DNA of 38,899 nt, taken from the NCBI GenBank assembly GCA_051891975.1, contig JBJFFT010000047.1:1-38899 (forward strand), read 5' to 3'. Shown piece by piece: positions 8,185-19,484 of this stretch. Each line of letters starts with the position of its first letter. Position 1 is the stretch's first letter. Source of the DNA: Candidatus Spyradenecus sp. (GTDB lineage: Bacteria; Verrucomicrobiota; Kiritimatiellia; RFP12; DVOR01). Below the pieces are notes generated by a model, which saw only the letters and a program-made list of their open reading frames with translations, made no database searches and had not been told where the DNA came from. A program made the translations under genes and the position numbers.

Positions 8185-9258
8185 ATGAACAAGCGCATTG
8201 CAATTGCCTGCGGCGGGACCGGCGGGCACATCCATCCGGCGCTGGCCGTGGCCGATCGGCTGCGGGCCGAGGGCGCCGAACTCTCCCTCATCCTCTCGGG
8301 CACGCGCCAGGCCGAGGCCCCCACCGCGGCCGCCTGGCAAGGGCCGCTCCTCAAGTCCGGCGCGCGGCCGATTCGCGACCCGCGTAATCTGCTGGCCGTG
8401 CTGCGTTGTCTGCGCTTCCTGCGGCGCGAGCGGCCGGCAGTGCTCTTCGCGACGGGGGGCTACACCTCCTTCGCGCCCGTGGTCGCCGCGCGGATGCTCA
8501 AGATCCCGGTGGTGCTGCACGAGGCGAATAGTCTGCCCGGCAAGGCGGTCCGCTGGCTCTCGCGCCATCTGCGCGTGGAGGCGGTGGCCACGAGTTTCCC
8601 GGAGAGCGCGGCCAAGCTGCCGTGGGCGCGGTGCGTCCAGACCGGGCTGCCGCTGCGCGCGCGCGTCTTGGAGACCTTGGCGCGGGCGCAGGCGGTGGAG
8701 AAGGCGGAGGGGCAGCTGACGGTGTTGGTGACGGGCGGGAGCCAGGGCGCGCGGGGGATGAACCGCCTGGTGGCGCCCATCCTCGCCTCGCTGGCACAGA
8801 GCGACCCCAAGGTGCGCATTGTCCACCAGTGTGGCGCGGCCGACTGCGAGGAGATGGCGCGCGTCTATGCCGCCACGCCCGGCCAGGTGACCATCGCGCC
8901 CTTTCTGGAGGATATGGGCACGGCCTACGGTCAGGCCGACTTCGTTATCGCCCGCGCCGGGGCCGCCACCTGCTTCGAGATTGCCGCCTGCGCCGTGCCC
9001 GCTATCTTCATCCCCTTGCCGACCGCCGCCGAGCACCACCAGCACCTCAACGCCCAGGCCCTTGTTCGCTCCGGTGGAGCCTTGCTCTTCGACCAAGTGA
9101 CCGGCGCGCCCCACCAACTCGCCGAGGCCATCCGCCAGCTCTACGCCGACCCTCTCCTGCGCAAGATGATGCACCAGGCCCTCGCCGACCTCCCTCGCCC
9201 CGATGCCGCCGGCGCGTGCGCCGCGCTGATATGGAGAACAGTGAACGGTGAGCAGTGA
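8185..9258 (+). CDS. murG: UDP-GlcNAc:lipid I N-acetylglucosaminyltransferase
   Basis: GGTGGHIHPA, GGYTS, HEANSLPG, GGSQGA, RAGA, HQHLNA motifs. Confidence 0.95.
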   Translation: MNKRIAIACGGTGGHIHPALAVADRLRAEGAELSLILSGTRQAEAPTAAAWQGPLLKSGARPIRDPRNLLAVLRCLRFLRRERPAVLFATGGYTSFAPVVAARMLKIPVVLHEANSLPGKAVRWLSRHLRVEAVATSFPESAAKLPWARCVQTGLPLRARVLETLARAQAVEKAEGQLTVLVTGGSQGARGMNRLVAPILASLAQSDPKVRIVHQCGAADCEEMARVYAATPGQVTIAPFLEDMGTAYGQADFVIARAGAATCFEIAACAVPAIFIPLPTAAEHHQHLNAQALVRSGGALLFDQVTGAPHQLAEAIRQLYADPLLRKMMHQALADLPRPDAAGACAALIWRTVNGEQ

Positions 9259-9268
9259 ACGGTGAGCG
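9234..9268 (-). repeat. Heptamer array overlapping the murG stop
   Basis: GAGAACA GTGAACG GTGAGCA GTGAACG GTGAGCG. Confidence 0.85.
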
Positions 9269-9340
9269 CGGGGGCTGCTCGCCCCCGCACCCCTCGGGAG
9301 CGCAGTGCGCTCCACCCCGGCCGAAGCGCCCGTTGGGCAC
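9268..9340 (-). repeat. REP-like double-hairpin element copy 1
   Basis: Reverse complement matches 14173-14224 and 36257-36351. Confidence 0.85.
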
Positions 9341-9371
9341 TTCGGCTTTTTTTCCAGCCCTGCAAGGCTGC

Positions 9372-9418
9372 CCGTCGCGGAACGCGCGCTAACAGCTAAC
9401 CGCTAGCCGCTAACAGCT
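9372..9418 (+). repeat. Core + heptamer array
   Basis: CCGTCGCGGAACGCGC then GCTAACA GCTAACC GCTAGCC GCTAACA. Confidence 0.9.
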
Positions 9419-9509
9419 CTCAAAACAAGGCCGGGCTTGCCACCTCAAGCGCCAGCTTTCCCGTCTATCGCGAGCCGTGCGTGAGCACGGTGAGGTTTCC
9501 CGCCTATCG

Positions 9510-9543
9510 AAAAACGGGGCGCGCCGCAAGGCACGCCCCGTTT
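9510..9543 (-). terminator. Intrinsic terminator of groEL (possibly bidirectional)
   Basis: AAACGGGGCG...CGCCCCGTTT stem, T-run on the minus strand. Confidence 0.85.
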
Positions 9544-9570
9544 GTTCTTCATTGCGCTATGCGCAATGGC

Positions 9571-11205
<1,635 letters not shown>

Positions 11206-11233
11206 TTGCGTAAATCCTTTCTGTGTTTAAGGC

Positions 11234-11527
11234 TTAGCCGAGGATGCCAAGCAGGTCCTCGGAGCGGACAATCTGGTAGGTGACATCGTTGAGCTTGACT
11301 TCGGTGCCGCCGTACTTGGGCAGCAGGACGGTGTCGCCGGGCTTCACATCGAAGGGGACTTCCTTGCCGTCCTTGTCGCGCTTAGTGCCGACGGCGATGA
11401 CGGTGCCTTCCATCGGCTTTTCCTTGGCGGTGTCGGGGATGATGATCCCGCCGCGGGTCACTTCCTTCTCTTCCTTGGGCTGGACCAACACGCGGTCGCC
11501 GAGGGGACGAATTGCAGGGGTAGACAT
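11234..11527 (-). CDS. groS: Co-chaperonin GroES
   Basis: [31 protein letters not shown]. Confidence 0.99.
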   Translation of the reverse strand: MSTPAIRPLGDRVLVQPKEEKEVTRGGIIIPDTAKEKPMEGTVIAVGTKRDKDGKEVPFDVKPGDTVLLPKYGGTEVKLNDVTYQIVRSEDLLGILG

Positions 11528-11560
11528 AGTTGCTTATCCTTTCTAAATGGGTGAATGGGG

Positions 11561-11591
11561 GCGGCGAGCGGGGGAGGCCTCCGCTCGCCGC
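11561..11591 (-). other. Intercistronic GC hairpin between dnaK and groES
   Basis: GCGGCGAGCGG / CCGCTCGCCGC perfect 11-bp stem, no U-tract. Confidence 0.6.
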
Positions 11592-11597
11592 GGCAGG

Positions 11598-13502
<1,905 letters not shown>

Positions 13503-13550
13503 TGCTCTATTCCTTTCTTGCGGCTGCTGCCGCGTCAGTTCGTCTCCCTT

Positions 13551-13567
13551 TGCAACCCCCGTGCCAA
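13551..13567 (-). promoter_or_regulatory. Sigma54 (-24/-12) promoter of dnaK-groES-groEL
   Basis: Minus strand TTGGCACGGGGGTTGCA: exact GG-N10-GC fit to YTGGCACGrnnnTTGCW, ~50 nt upstream of the dnaK ATG. Confidence 0.8.
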
Positions 13568-13600
13568 ACCGAACTTCCCCCCCGTCCTTCGCCCCCAACC

Positions 13601-13660
13601 GTGCCACACTGTGCCACATCGTGCCAAACCGTGCCACGCCCCTGCCACAACCGTGCCACC
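13601..13660 (-). repeat. 10-11-bp-period array of TGGCA(C) boxes
   Basis: GTGCCA on + strand at 13601, 13611, 13621, 13631, 13653 and CTGCCA at 13642. Confidence 0.85.
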
Positions 13661-13681
13661 TCCGTGGCAGGGTTGTTTTTC

Positions 13682-13818
13682 CGATAGGCGATAGACGATA
13701 GACGAGAAAGCTGTCGCCGGAGGTGGAAAGCCCGGCCAATGGGCTGCCGGTTCCTCCGTCGCGGCACGCGCCCTGTCCACTGTTGACTGGCCACTGTCGA
13801 CTGGCTTGCGCAGCGACC
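13682..13818 (+). repeat. Heptamer-array element with 31-bp core shared with 2617-2738
   Basis: (CGATAGR)x3 + GCTGTCGCCGGAGGTGGAAAGCCCGGCCAAT + CCGTCGCGGCACGCGC + CTGTCCA CTGTTGA CTGGCCA CTGTCGA. Confidence 0.9.
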
Positions 13819-13819
13819 C

Positions 13820-14094
13820 GCCCCGGGTTGACCTCGCATCCGCCTCGGGTTCGTCTTGGACCCGGGGCGAGGGGAATTATTAAGTCCCGGACTTATCGGA
13901 ATTAAGTGGTGGACTTATCGCCGATAAGTGGTGGACTTATTTCCGATAAGTGGTGGACTTAATAGTTCGACCCGGGGCGGGTGCGTTTTGGGCCCGGGGC
14001 GCTTTACATTTTTGTCCGCCCCGGGTTCGCCTCGAGGTAGGCCCGGGTTGACCCTCGACCCGGCCCGAGTTCGCTTTTGGCCCGGCCCAGGTGA
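13820..14094. repeat. 11-bp-period lattice containing four 22-bp-spaced TAAGT-N5-ACTTA palindromes
   Basis: TAAGT at 13881, 13903, 13925, 13947; GCCCCGGGTT at 13820 and 14018 (198 = 18x11 apart). Confidence 0.85.
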
Positions 14095-14172
14095 CCTGCG
14101 GAGCAGGCCACGACAAAACCCTTTAAGGCACCTTTGCGTGCCCTTGAGCAAGTGCGCAACGCGCGCTTGCTG

Positions 14173-14224
14173 CGGGGTGGAGCGCCCCGCGCTCCCGAGG
14201 GGCGTGGGGGCGAGCAGCCCCCAC
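14173..14224 (+). repeat. REP-like double-hairpin element copy 2
   Basis: GGAGCGC-CCC-GCGCTCC and GTGGGGG-CGAGCAG-CCCCCAC hairpins. Confidence 0.85.
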
Positions 14225-14299
14225 AGTCGCGTCCCCTCAGCACGCGCTTGCGTTTCTTCGGGTGCTGGTGCGGTTTTTACTGCGGGGAGGGGGAGGTTT

Positions 14300-14308
14300 T
14301 GCTATACT
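14300..14308 (+). promoter_or_regulatory. Extended -10 promoter (TG-C-TATACT) upstream of the MBOAT operon
   Basis: GGTTTTGCTATACT, same context as the promoter at 5096-5109. Confidence 0.55.
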
Positions 14309-14368
14309 CCCGGGCGTGCGATGGGTGAGCCATCGTTCTCTTGAAGCACTTTGTGCATAACTGATTGC

Positions 14369-14483
14369 CTCAGTCGAAACCTAGGAAACTTCAACTCATA
14401 GGCAATAGGTTAGCGAGGTGTGCCGTTGTGGCACGCTTTCTTTCCTGTATCTATGAGTGGGCTTTCCTAGGGCCTCGACTGAG
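14369..14483. other. 115-nt rod-like imperfect hairpin in the MBOAT leader (candidate structured RNA or MITE)
   Basis: Nested pairings 14369-77/14475-83, 14380-88/14463-71, 14394-401/14451-58 and apical GTGCC/GGCAC. Confidence 0.7.
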
Positions 14484-14507
14484 AGACAAGACAAGAAAGC
14501 GTGTTTT

Positions 14508-15935
14508 ATGTTGTTTAACAGCTTGGCCTTCTTCCTCTTTTTGCCGTTGGTCTTCACGCTCTACTGGGGGGTGTTCGGACGGTCGTTGCGGTGGCAGAAT
14601 GGCTTTATCGTGGCGGCGAGCTACCTCTTTTACGGGTGGTGGGAGTGGCGCTTTTTGATATTGATTGCGATTACCTCGGCGGTGGCCTATCTCTCGGGGT
14701 TGGGGTTAGCGTGGCGGCGGCACCGGGGGTGGGTGGTGGCGTCGGTGGTCATCAATGTGGGGATCTTGGGCTTCTTCAAGTACTTTGACTTCTTCCAGGG
14801 GCAGGTGGTCGAGCTGTTGCGGCTGTTGGGCTTTCAGGCGCACGGGTGGAGCTTGGCTGTGCTCTTGCCGGTGGGCATCTCCTTCTACACCTTCCAATCG
14901 CTGAGCTACACGCTGGATGTCTGGCGCGGAACCTTGAAGCCGACACGCGCCCCGGTGGCCTTCTTTGCCTTCGTCTCCTTCTTCCCGCAGTTGGTGGCCG
15001 GACCCATTGAGCGGGCGGAGAACCTCCTGCCGCAGTTCCTCGCGCCCCGGCGCTTCGACTACGCCGAGGCGGTGGTCGGCTGCCGGCAGATGCTCTGGGG
15101 TTTCTTCAAGAAGGTGGCGGTGGCGGATCTCTGCGCGGGGCTGGCGAACAGATTGCTGCGGGACACGGGGGAGATGTCGAGCGTCTCGCTGGCGGCCGGG
15201 CTCTTCTGCTTTACCTTTCAGATCTACGGCGACTTCTCGGGCTACTCGGACATCGCCATTGGCTGCGGCCGTCTCTTTGGTATTCGCCTCTCGCGCAACT
15301 TCCGCGCGCCCTACTTCTCGCGCGACATCGCCGAGTTCTGGCGCCGCTGGCACATCTCGCTGACCACCTGGTTCCGCGATTACCTCTATATCCCCCTCGG
15401 CGGCAGTCGGTGCGGCCGTTGGCAGGCCATTCGCAACACCTTCATCGTCTTCCTGGTCTCGGGCTTGTGGCACGGGGCGAACTGGACCTTCCTGGCCTGG
15501 GGCGCCTTCCACGCCTGTTGCTTCCTCCCGCTCCTCCTGCGGGGCACGAACCGCCGCTACCTGGGCCCCGTGGCCGAGGGGCATTGGTTGCCGAGCGTGC
15601 GCGAGGTGTGGCAGATGGGCTGCACCTTCGCCCTGGCGGCGCTTGGGTGGCTCTTCTTCCGCGCGTCGACGCTCGCCGAGGCGTGGGCGTGGCTACAGAA
15701 GCTCTTCTTGGGCTTTGACTTCTCGCTGGACCCGCTGCGGCGGATTGGTTACTGGCGCGTCTTCCCGGTGGTGGGGTTGCTACTGATCTGTGAGTGGGTC
15801 AACCGCACCGAGGCCTTCGGCTGCGCGCGCTATCCCCGCTGGCGCCCTCTGCGCTGGCTCTGCTACTTGGCGCTAGTGGCCTTCACTTTCTTTTGGCTCT
15901 CGCCGCCCCAGGTCTTCATCTACTTCCAGTTCTAA
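14508..15935 (+). CDS. MBOAT O-acyltransferase (AlgI/PatA family)
   Basis: MLFNS start, LPVGISFYTFQ, FFPQLVAGPIER, DFSGYSDIAIG, FWRRWHISL, GLWHGA, C-terminal FIYFQF. Confidence 0.95.
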   Translation: MLFNSLAFFLFLPLVFTLYWGVFGRSLRWQNGFIVAASYLFYGWWEWRFLILIAITSAVAYLSGLGLAWRRHRGWVVASVVINVGILGFFKYFDFFQGQVVELLRLLGFQAHGWSLAVLLPVGISFYTFQSLSYTLDVWRGTLKPTRAPVAFFAFVSFFPQLVAGPIERAENLLPQFLAPRRFDYAEAVVGCRQMLWGFFKKVAVADLCAGLANRLLRDTGEMSSVSLAAGLFCFTFQIYGDFSGYSDIAIGCGRLFGIRLSRNFRAPYFSRDIAEFWRRWHISLTTWFRDYLYIPLGGSRCGRWQAIRNTFIVFLVSGLWHGANWTFLAWGAFHACCFLPLLLRGTNRRYLGPVAEGHWLPSVREVWQMGCTFALAALGWLFFRASTLAEAWAWLQKLFLGFDFSLDPLRRIGYWRVFPVVGLLLICEWVNRTEAFGCARYPRWRPLRWLCYLALVAFTFFWLSPPQVFIYFQF

Positions 15936-15953
15936 CGCTTGCGAGGTCCCCCA

Positions 15954-16904
15954 ATGAAACGCTTTGTCCTCTGCGTCGCCCTCTTCGCCGCCGTGGTCGT
16001 GACCCTGGCCGTGCCGCTCTTCCTCTGGGCCTACCGCTCGCAGGTGCGCCTCTTCAAGCAAGCCCTTGTCGTGCCCGACTGCCGCGTGGCCGGCGTGGGC
16101 GACTCTCGGATGAAGACCTCCATCGACCCCGCCCTCTGGCCCGGCTTCGGCAACTTTGGTCAAGATGCCGGCCCCATCGCCGTCTCCCTCCTGAAAGCCC
16201 GCACCCTCTGTGCCTCCAACCCCAACCTCGAAGTCATCCTCATCGACATTTGGCCCAAGCCGGGTTTCTTTGCGCATGAAACCTTTGAGTATAACCTGAC
16301 GCCGTGCTACATCTTGGCCGAGTTGATGGATGGTCGTTGGCGCGCGGCCCTCCGGAAGGGGGCTCTGCAACGCTTTAAGAGTGGCGTTGTTGCCGCGGCG
16401 ATTGAGAACCTATGTGCCGAGAAGCCGACCTCTTGGTTGCGGGGAGGGTATGGCGCGCTCCATCAGGAAGCCACCAAGAATAGGTGGCGCGATGAGGCGG
16501 CGTTCGTTAAACTCGCTCAGGCGGAGCGTGCGCCGAAGGCGGCCCCGCTCCCCGAGATGGGGGAGGGCGAGCGCGAGTTGCGGGCCTTCTTGGAATCTTT
16601 GCGCGGGCGGTCCGTCCGAGCCGTGCTCCTCACAACGCCCATTCATCCGTGGTATCGCAAGTATATATATGGTGGGAACGAGCGCGAAGCGCGCTTCGAG
16701 GTGCGGATGAAGGCTATCTCGGCGGAGTTTGGCGTCCCCTGGCTGAATCACTGGGCCGATCCGCGCCTGACGGACCCCGACCTCTTGGCCGACAGCACGC
16801 ACCTGAACTGGCGCGGCTCGCGGCGCTATACGCAGATCGTCCGCGAGGAGGTGGAGGCCTTGCAGCGCCAATGGCAGCACGCCCCCTCGCAGGACCCCCA
16901 TTAA
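15954..16904 (+). CDS. Membrane-anchored SGNH-like protein, likely O-acylation partner of the MBOAT
   Basis: N-terminal TM, GDSR (Ser nucleophile) and DSTHLN (DxxH) motifs; 18 nt after the MBOAT stop. Confidence 0.75.
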   Translation: MKRFVLCVALFAAVVVTLAVPLFLWAYRSQVRLFKQALVVPDCRVAGVGDSRMKTSIDPALWPGFGNFGQDAGPIAVSLLKARTLCASNPNLEVILIDIWPKPGFFAHETFEYNLTPCYILAELMDGRWRAALRKGALQRFKSGVVAAAIENLCAEKPTSWLRGGYGALHQEATKNRWRDEAAFVKLAQAERAPKAAPLPEMGEGERELRAFLESLRGRSVRAVLLTTPIHPWYRKYIYGGNEREARFEVRMKAISAEFGVPWLNHWADPRLTDPDLLADSTHLNWRGSRRYTQIVREEVEALQRQWQHAPSQDPH

Positions 16905-16933
16905 GCGAGTGCGCAACAGCCTTACGGAGCTGC

Positions 16934-16959
16934 AAAAAAAGAGGCGCCGGGGGGACGCC
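16934..16959 (-). terminator. Possible terminator of the RRM gene
   Basis: AGGCG/CGCCT stem next to an A7 run (T7 on minus); second hairpin GCCTTGTGG/CCACAAGGC at 16985-17007. Confidence 0.5.
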
Positions 16960-17052
16960 TGGGGGAAGGGGGAAAGGAACAAGGGCCTTGTGGGGGGACC
17001 ACAAGGCGGGGTGTTGGGTTGTGTTAGGGTGAGACCCGCGTGGGGGCGGGGA

Positions 17053-17457
17053 TTACCACTGCGATTCGCGGGGGGCGTCGCCATCGCGGCGAGGGCCACC
17101 GTAGCCGCCACGGCCACCGCGATTGCCATAACCGCCGCGCCCGCCACCAAAGCCGCCCCAGCGGGGTCCGCCGAAGCCACCGCGCCCGCCGCCGAAGCCA
17201 CGGCGCTCTTCGCGGGGCTTGGGCTGGGACTCATTGGCGCGGATCTGGCGCCCGTCGAGTTCCGTGCCGTTGAGGGCGGCGATGGCCGCGTTTGCCTCGT
17301 CGGCATTGGGCATCTCCACAAAGCCAAAGCCCTTCGAGCGTCCCGTCATGCGGTCCGTCACCACACGCGCAGAGGAAACCTCGCCAAAGGCGGCGAAAGC
17401 AGCGCGCAGACCCTCATCGTCCGTCGCATAGGCAAGATTGCCAACGTAGATATCCAT
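17053..17457 (-). CDS. RRM RNA-binding protein with Gly/Arg-rich tail
   Basis: RNP2 IYVGNL, RNP1 KGFGFVEM, RGG repeats; start set at ATG 17457. Confidence 0.95.
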   Translation of the reverse strand: MDIYVGNLAYATDDEGLRAAFAAFGEVSSARVVTDRMTGRSKGFGFVEMPNADEANAAIAALNGTELDGRQIRANESQPKPREERRGFGGGRGGFGGPRWGGFGGGRGGYGNRGGRGGYGGPRRDGDAPRESQW

Positions 17458-17680
17458 AGAAACCAATAACCTTCTGGTGACCGCACTGGGGCGTTTTGGT
17501 CGGTGGGCCTTCCCCGCGGCAAAGCAGAAGGCATCCGGCAGGACCATCCTGAAGGGGGCTGTCCCCTCCCAAAACAGCCTATACAATACCTCATTCCCGG
17601 GGGGGAATGCAAGCGCGATGGATTGCGCTGCCATTGAAACGCCCGAGGAAGGGTGGAATGGAGGGGGCGATAATGTGGCG

Positions 17681-17822
17681 AGCGGACAGCCGACAGCGGA
17701 CAGCCGACAGTGCTGGCGCAGAGAATGAAAAGCCCGTCTGAGCCGTGGGAGGTGCTCAGGCGGGCTTTTGGGGTGTTCGTCGCGCGAGCGGAGCTGTCGG
17801 CTGTCCGCTGTCCGCTGTCGGC
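17681..17822. repeat. Inverted heptamer arrays enclosing a terminator
   Basis: (AGCSGAC)x4 at 17681-17708 and the reverse complement (GCTGTCS)x4 at 17793-17820. Confidence 0.9.
17728..17769. terminator. Bidirectional intrinsic terminator downstream of the nanA-AGE-gtrA operon
   Basis: AAAAGCCCGTCTGAGC...GCTCAGGCGGGCTTTT. Confidence 0.85.
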
Positions 17823-17829
17823 CGATGTT

Positions 17830-18291
17830 CTAGAAGATCCAGAACTTGGCGATGAAGTAGTTGATGATGACTTCGAGGATGGTGACAAGGCCATTGAGGA
17901 CTTCGGGCCACCAGCCGTATTCGAGGCGGACGCGCTCGGGGTCGGAGAGGTTCCAGGAAAGCCACTTCTCGAGGATGAACCACATCAGGAAGAGGGTGAG
18001 GAGCGCGGTGCCAACGCGCGTGGCGTAGAAGACGGCGGCGGAGGCCCAGAGGCCGCTCTCGGTGGCGCTGAAGGCTAGGAGGCGCATCAGCACGAAGGCG
18101 GTGGTGGCCGCCGCGAACCACGAGAGGACCTTGGACCAAACATTGCCGAGGGCGAGCTTGCGTAGGCACAGCGAGTAGCCCACGAAGCTCACCACTGTGG
18201 AGCAGCCTCCGGCGAAGAGATACCAGAAGAGCTCCCAGAAGAGCCTCGGCTCCATCCAGCGCCCGATGAAGGCGTCGAGTGCCTCAGACAA
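17830..18291 (-). CDS. GtrA-family flippase-like membrane protein
   Basis: YLFAGGCSTVV, four TM segments, NYFIAKFWIF end; TTG start overlapping the epimerase stop. Confidence 0.8.
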   Translation of the reverse strand: MSEALDAFIGRWMEPRLFWELFWYLFAGGCSTVVSFVGYSLCLRKLALGNVWSKVLSWFAAATTAFVLMRLLAFSATESGLWASAAVFYATRVGTALLTLFLMWFILEKWLSWNLSDPERVRLEYGWWPEVLNGLVTILEVIINYFIAKFWIF

Positions 18292-19471
18292 GGTTCAGCG
18301 TCCCATCCTTGAGCAACTCCTTGCAGAGCTGCCAGCACTCATACTGCATCCGCGGGACGTGGAAGCAGCCCTTGTAGAGGTTGCCCTTGAGGTCCGAACA
18401 GACGCGGCCGTCGCGGGCGAGGTAGCCGAACCACTCGCCGCATTCGCGGTCGGGGAAGTGCGAGTGGGTCCAGTCGTGGGCGAGGGTGTGCCACTTGGCG
18501 TACTTCTCGTCGCCAGTGAGCTGGTAGGCGAGGAGGGTGGCGATGCACGCTTCGTTGTGCGGCCACCAGAACTTCATATCCTGCCAGTACTCGCTGACGG
18601 GGTGGTTGTAGACATCGCGGTAGTAGAGGATGCCGCCGAACTCGGGGTCCCAGCCGCGCTCCCAGGACCAGTCGAGCATATCCAGGCCGATGCGGATGTA
18701 GTCCGGGCGCTTGCGCATCTTGCCCTCGTTCATAATGAACCAGGCGCCTTCGATGGCGTGGCCTGGGTTGAGGGTGCGCGCGTCGATGTGGTCGATGATG
18801 GCGCCATCGGGGGCGACGGTCTCCATCACGCAGCGAATGTCGGGCTTGAGGTGGTACTTGACGATGTCGGCAATCGCGCGGTCGATGCGCTCGTTCGCCT
18901 CCTCATAGCCAATGCTCTCGCGCAGACGCTGGCAGGTGACGATGTTGATCATCGGGTGGCCGAGGCCGCGGGTGGGGCGAATGTCGGTGAACTTCGGGGG
19001 GAAGTCCACGTGGTCGCCATAGAGCTTATAGGTCTTGCGCGCGAGCTCAGCGTATTCGTCCGACCCGGTGAGGCGGGCGTATTCGCCGTAGGCGATGGAG
19101 GCGAAGCTCTCGGAGAAGGCGTAGCGGCGCTTGCGGATGGGGTCGCCGCGGCGGGTCATGTGGAAGAACATGCGCCCGTCCTTCGGGTCGTAGCAATACT
19201 TGCGCAGGAACTCGAGGGTGCCCTTGACGGCGAGCTCCCACTCGCTGCGGCGCTCGACGTGGTTGCAGAGGAAGCCGAGGGTCCAGGCGAAACGGCCTTG
19301 CTGCCAGACGCCCTTGTCGTCGTCAATCCGGTTGCCCTGGCGGTCGACGCCGGTCATAATGCCGCCGAACTCGCGGTCGAGCCCGTGTTCCATCCAGAAG
19401 GGGACCACATCGCAGAGGAGCCCGTCGCGGTAGACGCGCTCGAGCTTCTCGAGTCTCTCTTTACTCAGCAT
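18284..19471 (-). CDS. N-acylglucosamine 2-epimerase (AGE family; Bacteroides NanE-type)
   Basis: DKGVWQQGR, NPGHAIE, KFWWPHNE, EWFGYL, KGCFHVPR. Confidence 0.93.
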   Translation of the reverse strand: MLSKERLEKLERVYRDGLLCDVVPFWMEHGLDREFGGIMTGVDRQGNRIDDDKGVWQQGRFAWTLGFLCNHVERRSEWELAVKGTLEFLRKYCYDPKDGRMFFHMTRRGDPIRKRRYAFSESFASIAYGEYARLTGSDEYAELARKTYKLYGDHVDFPPKFTDIRPTRGLGHPMINIVTCQRLRESIGYEEANERIDRAIADIVKYHLKPDIRCVMETVAPDGAIIDHIDARTLNPGHAIEGAWFIMNEGKMRKRPDYIRIGLDMLDWSWERGWDPEFGGILYYRDVYNHPVSEYWQDMKFWWPHNEACIATLLAYQLTGDEKYAKWHTLAHDWTHSHFPDRECGEWFGYLARDGRVCSDLKGNLYKGCFHVPRMQYECWQLCKELLKDGTLNLV

Positions 19472-19484
19472 AGTGGCCTCCCGG

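Noticed and set aside
13503-13680. CIRCE/HrcA operator upstream of dnaK
   Set aside because: No TTAGCACTC-N9-GAGTGCTAA; the TGGCAC motifs are mostly direct repeats
13503-13739. 79-aa N-terminal extension of DnaK in the ORF track
   Set aside because: Runs through the promoter and repeats; canonical [10 protein letters not shown] start with RBS at 13502
13881-13961. 22-bp repeat arrays as a mini-CRISPR (also 6211, 23949, 31799, 35961)
   Set aside because: Units are directly tandem with no unique 25-45-bp spacers, and there are no cas genes
13915-14344. Small ORFs in the repeat-rich spacers (also 23679-23986, 31837-32263, 36103-36330)
   Set aside because: Translations of repeats or low-complexity DNA with no RBS or domain support
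14429-14445. Second sigma54 promoter (TGGCACGCTTTCTTTC); similar at 31944
   Set aside because: No GC at -12 with N10 spacing
14355-14483. Integron attC site
   Set aside because: No properly placed RYYYAAC/GTTRRRY core sites and no intI
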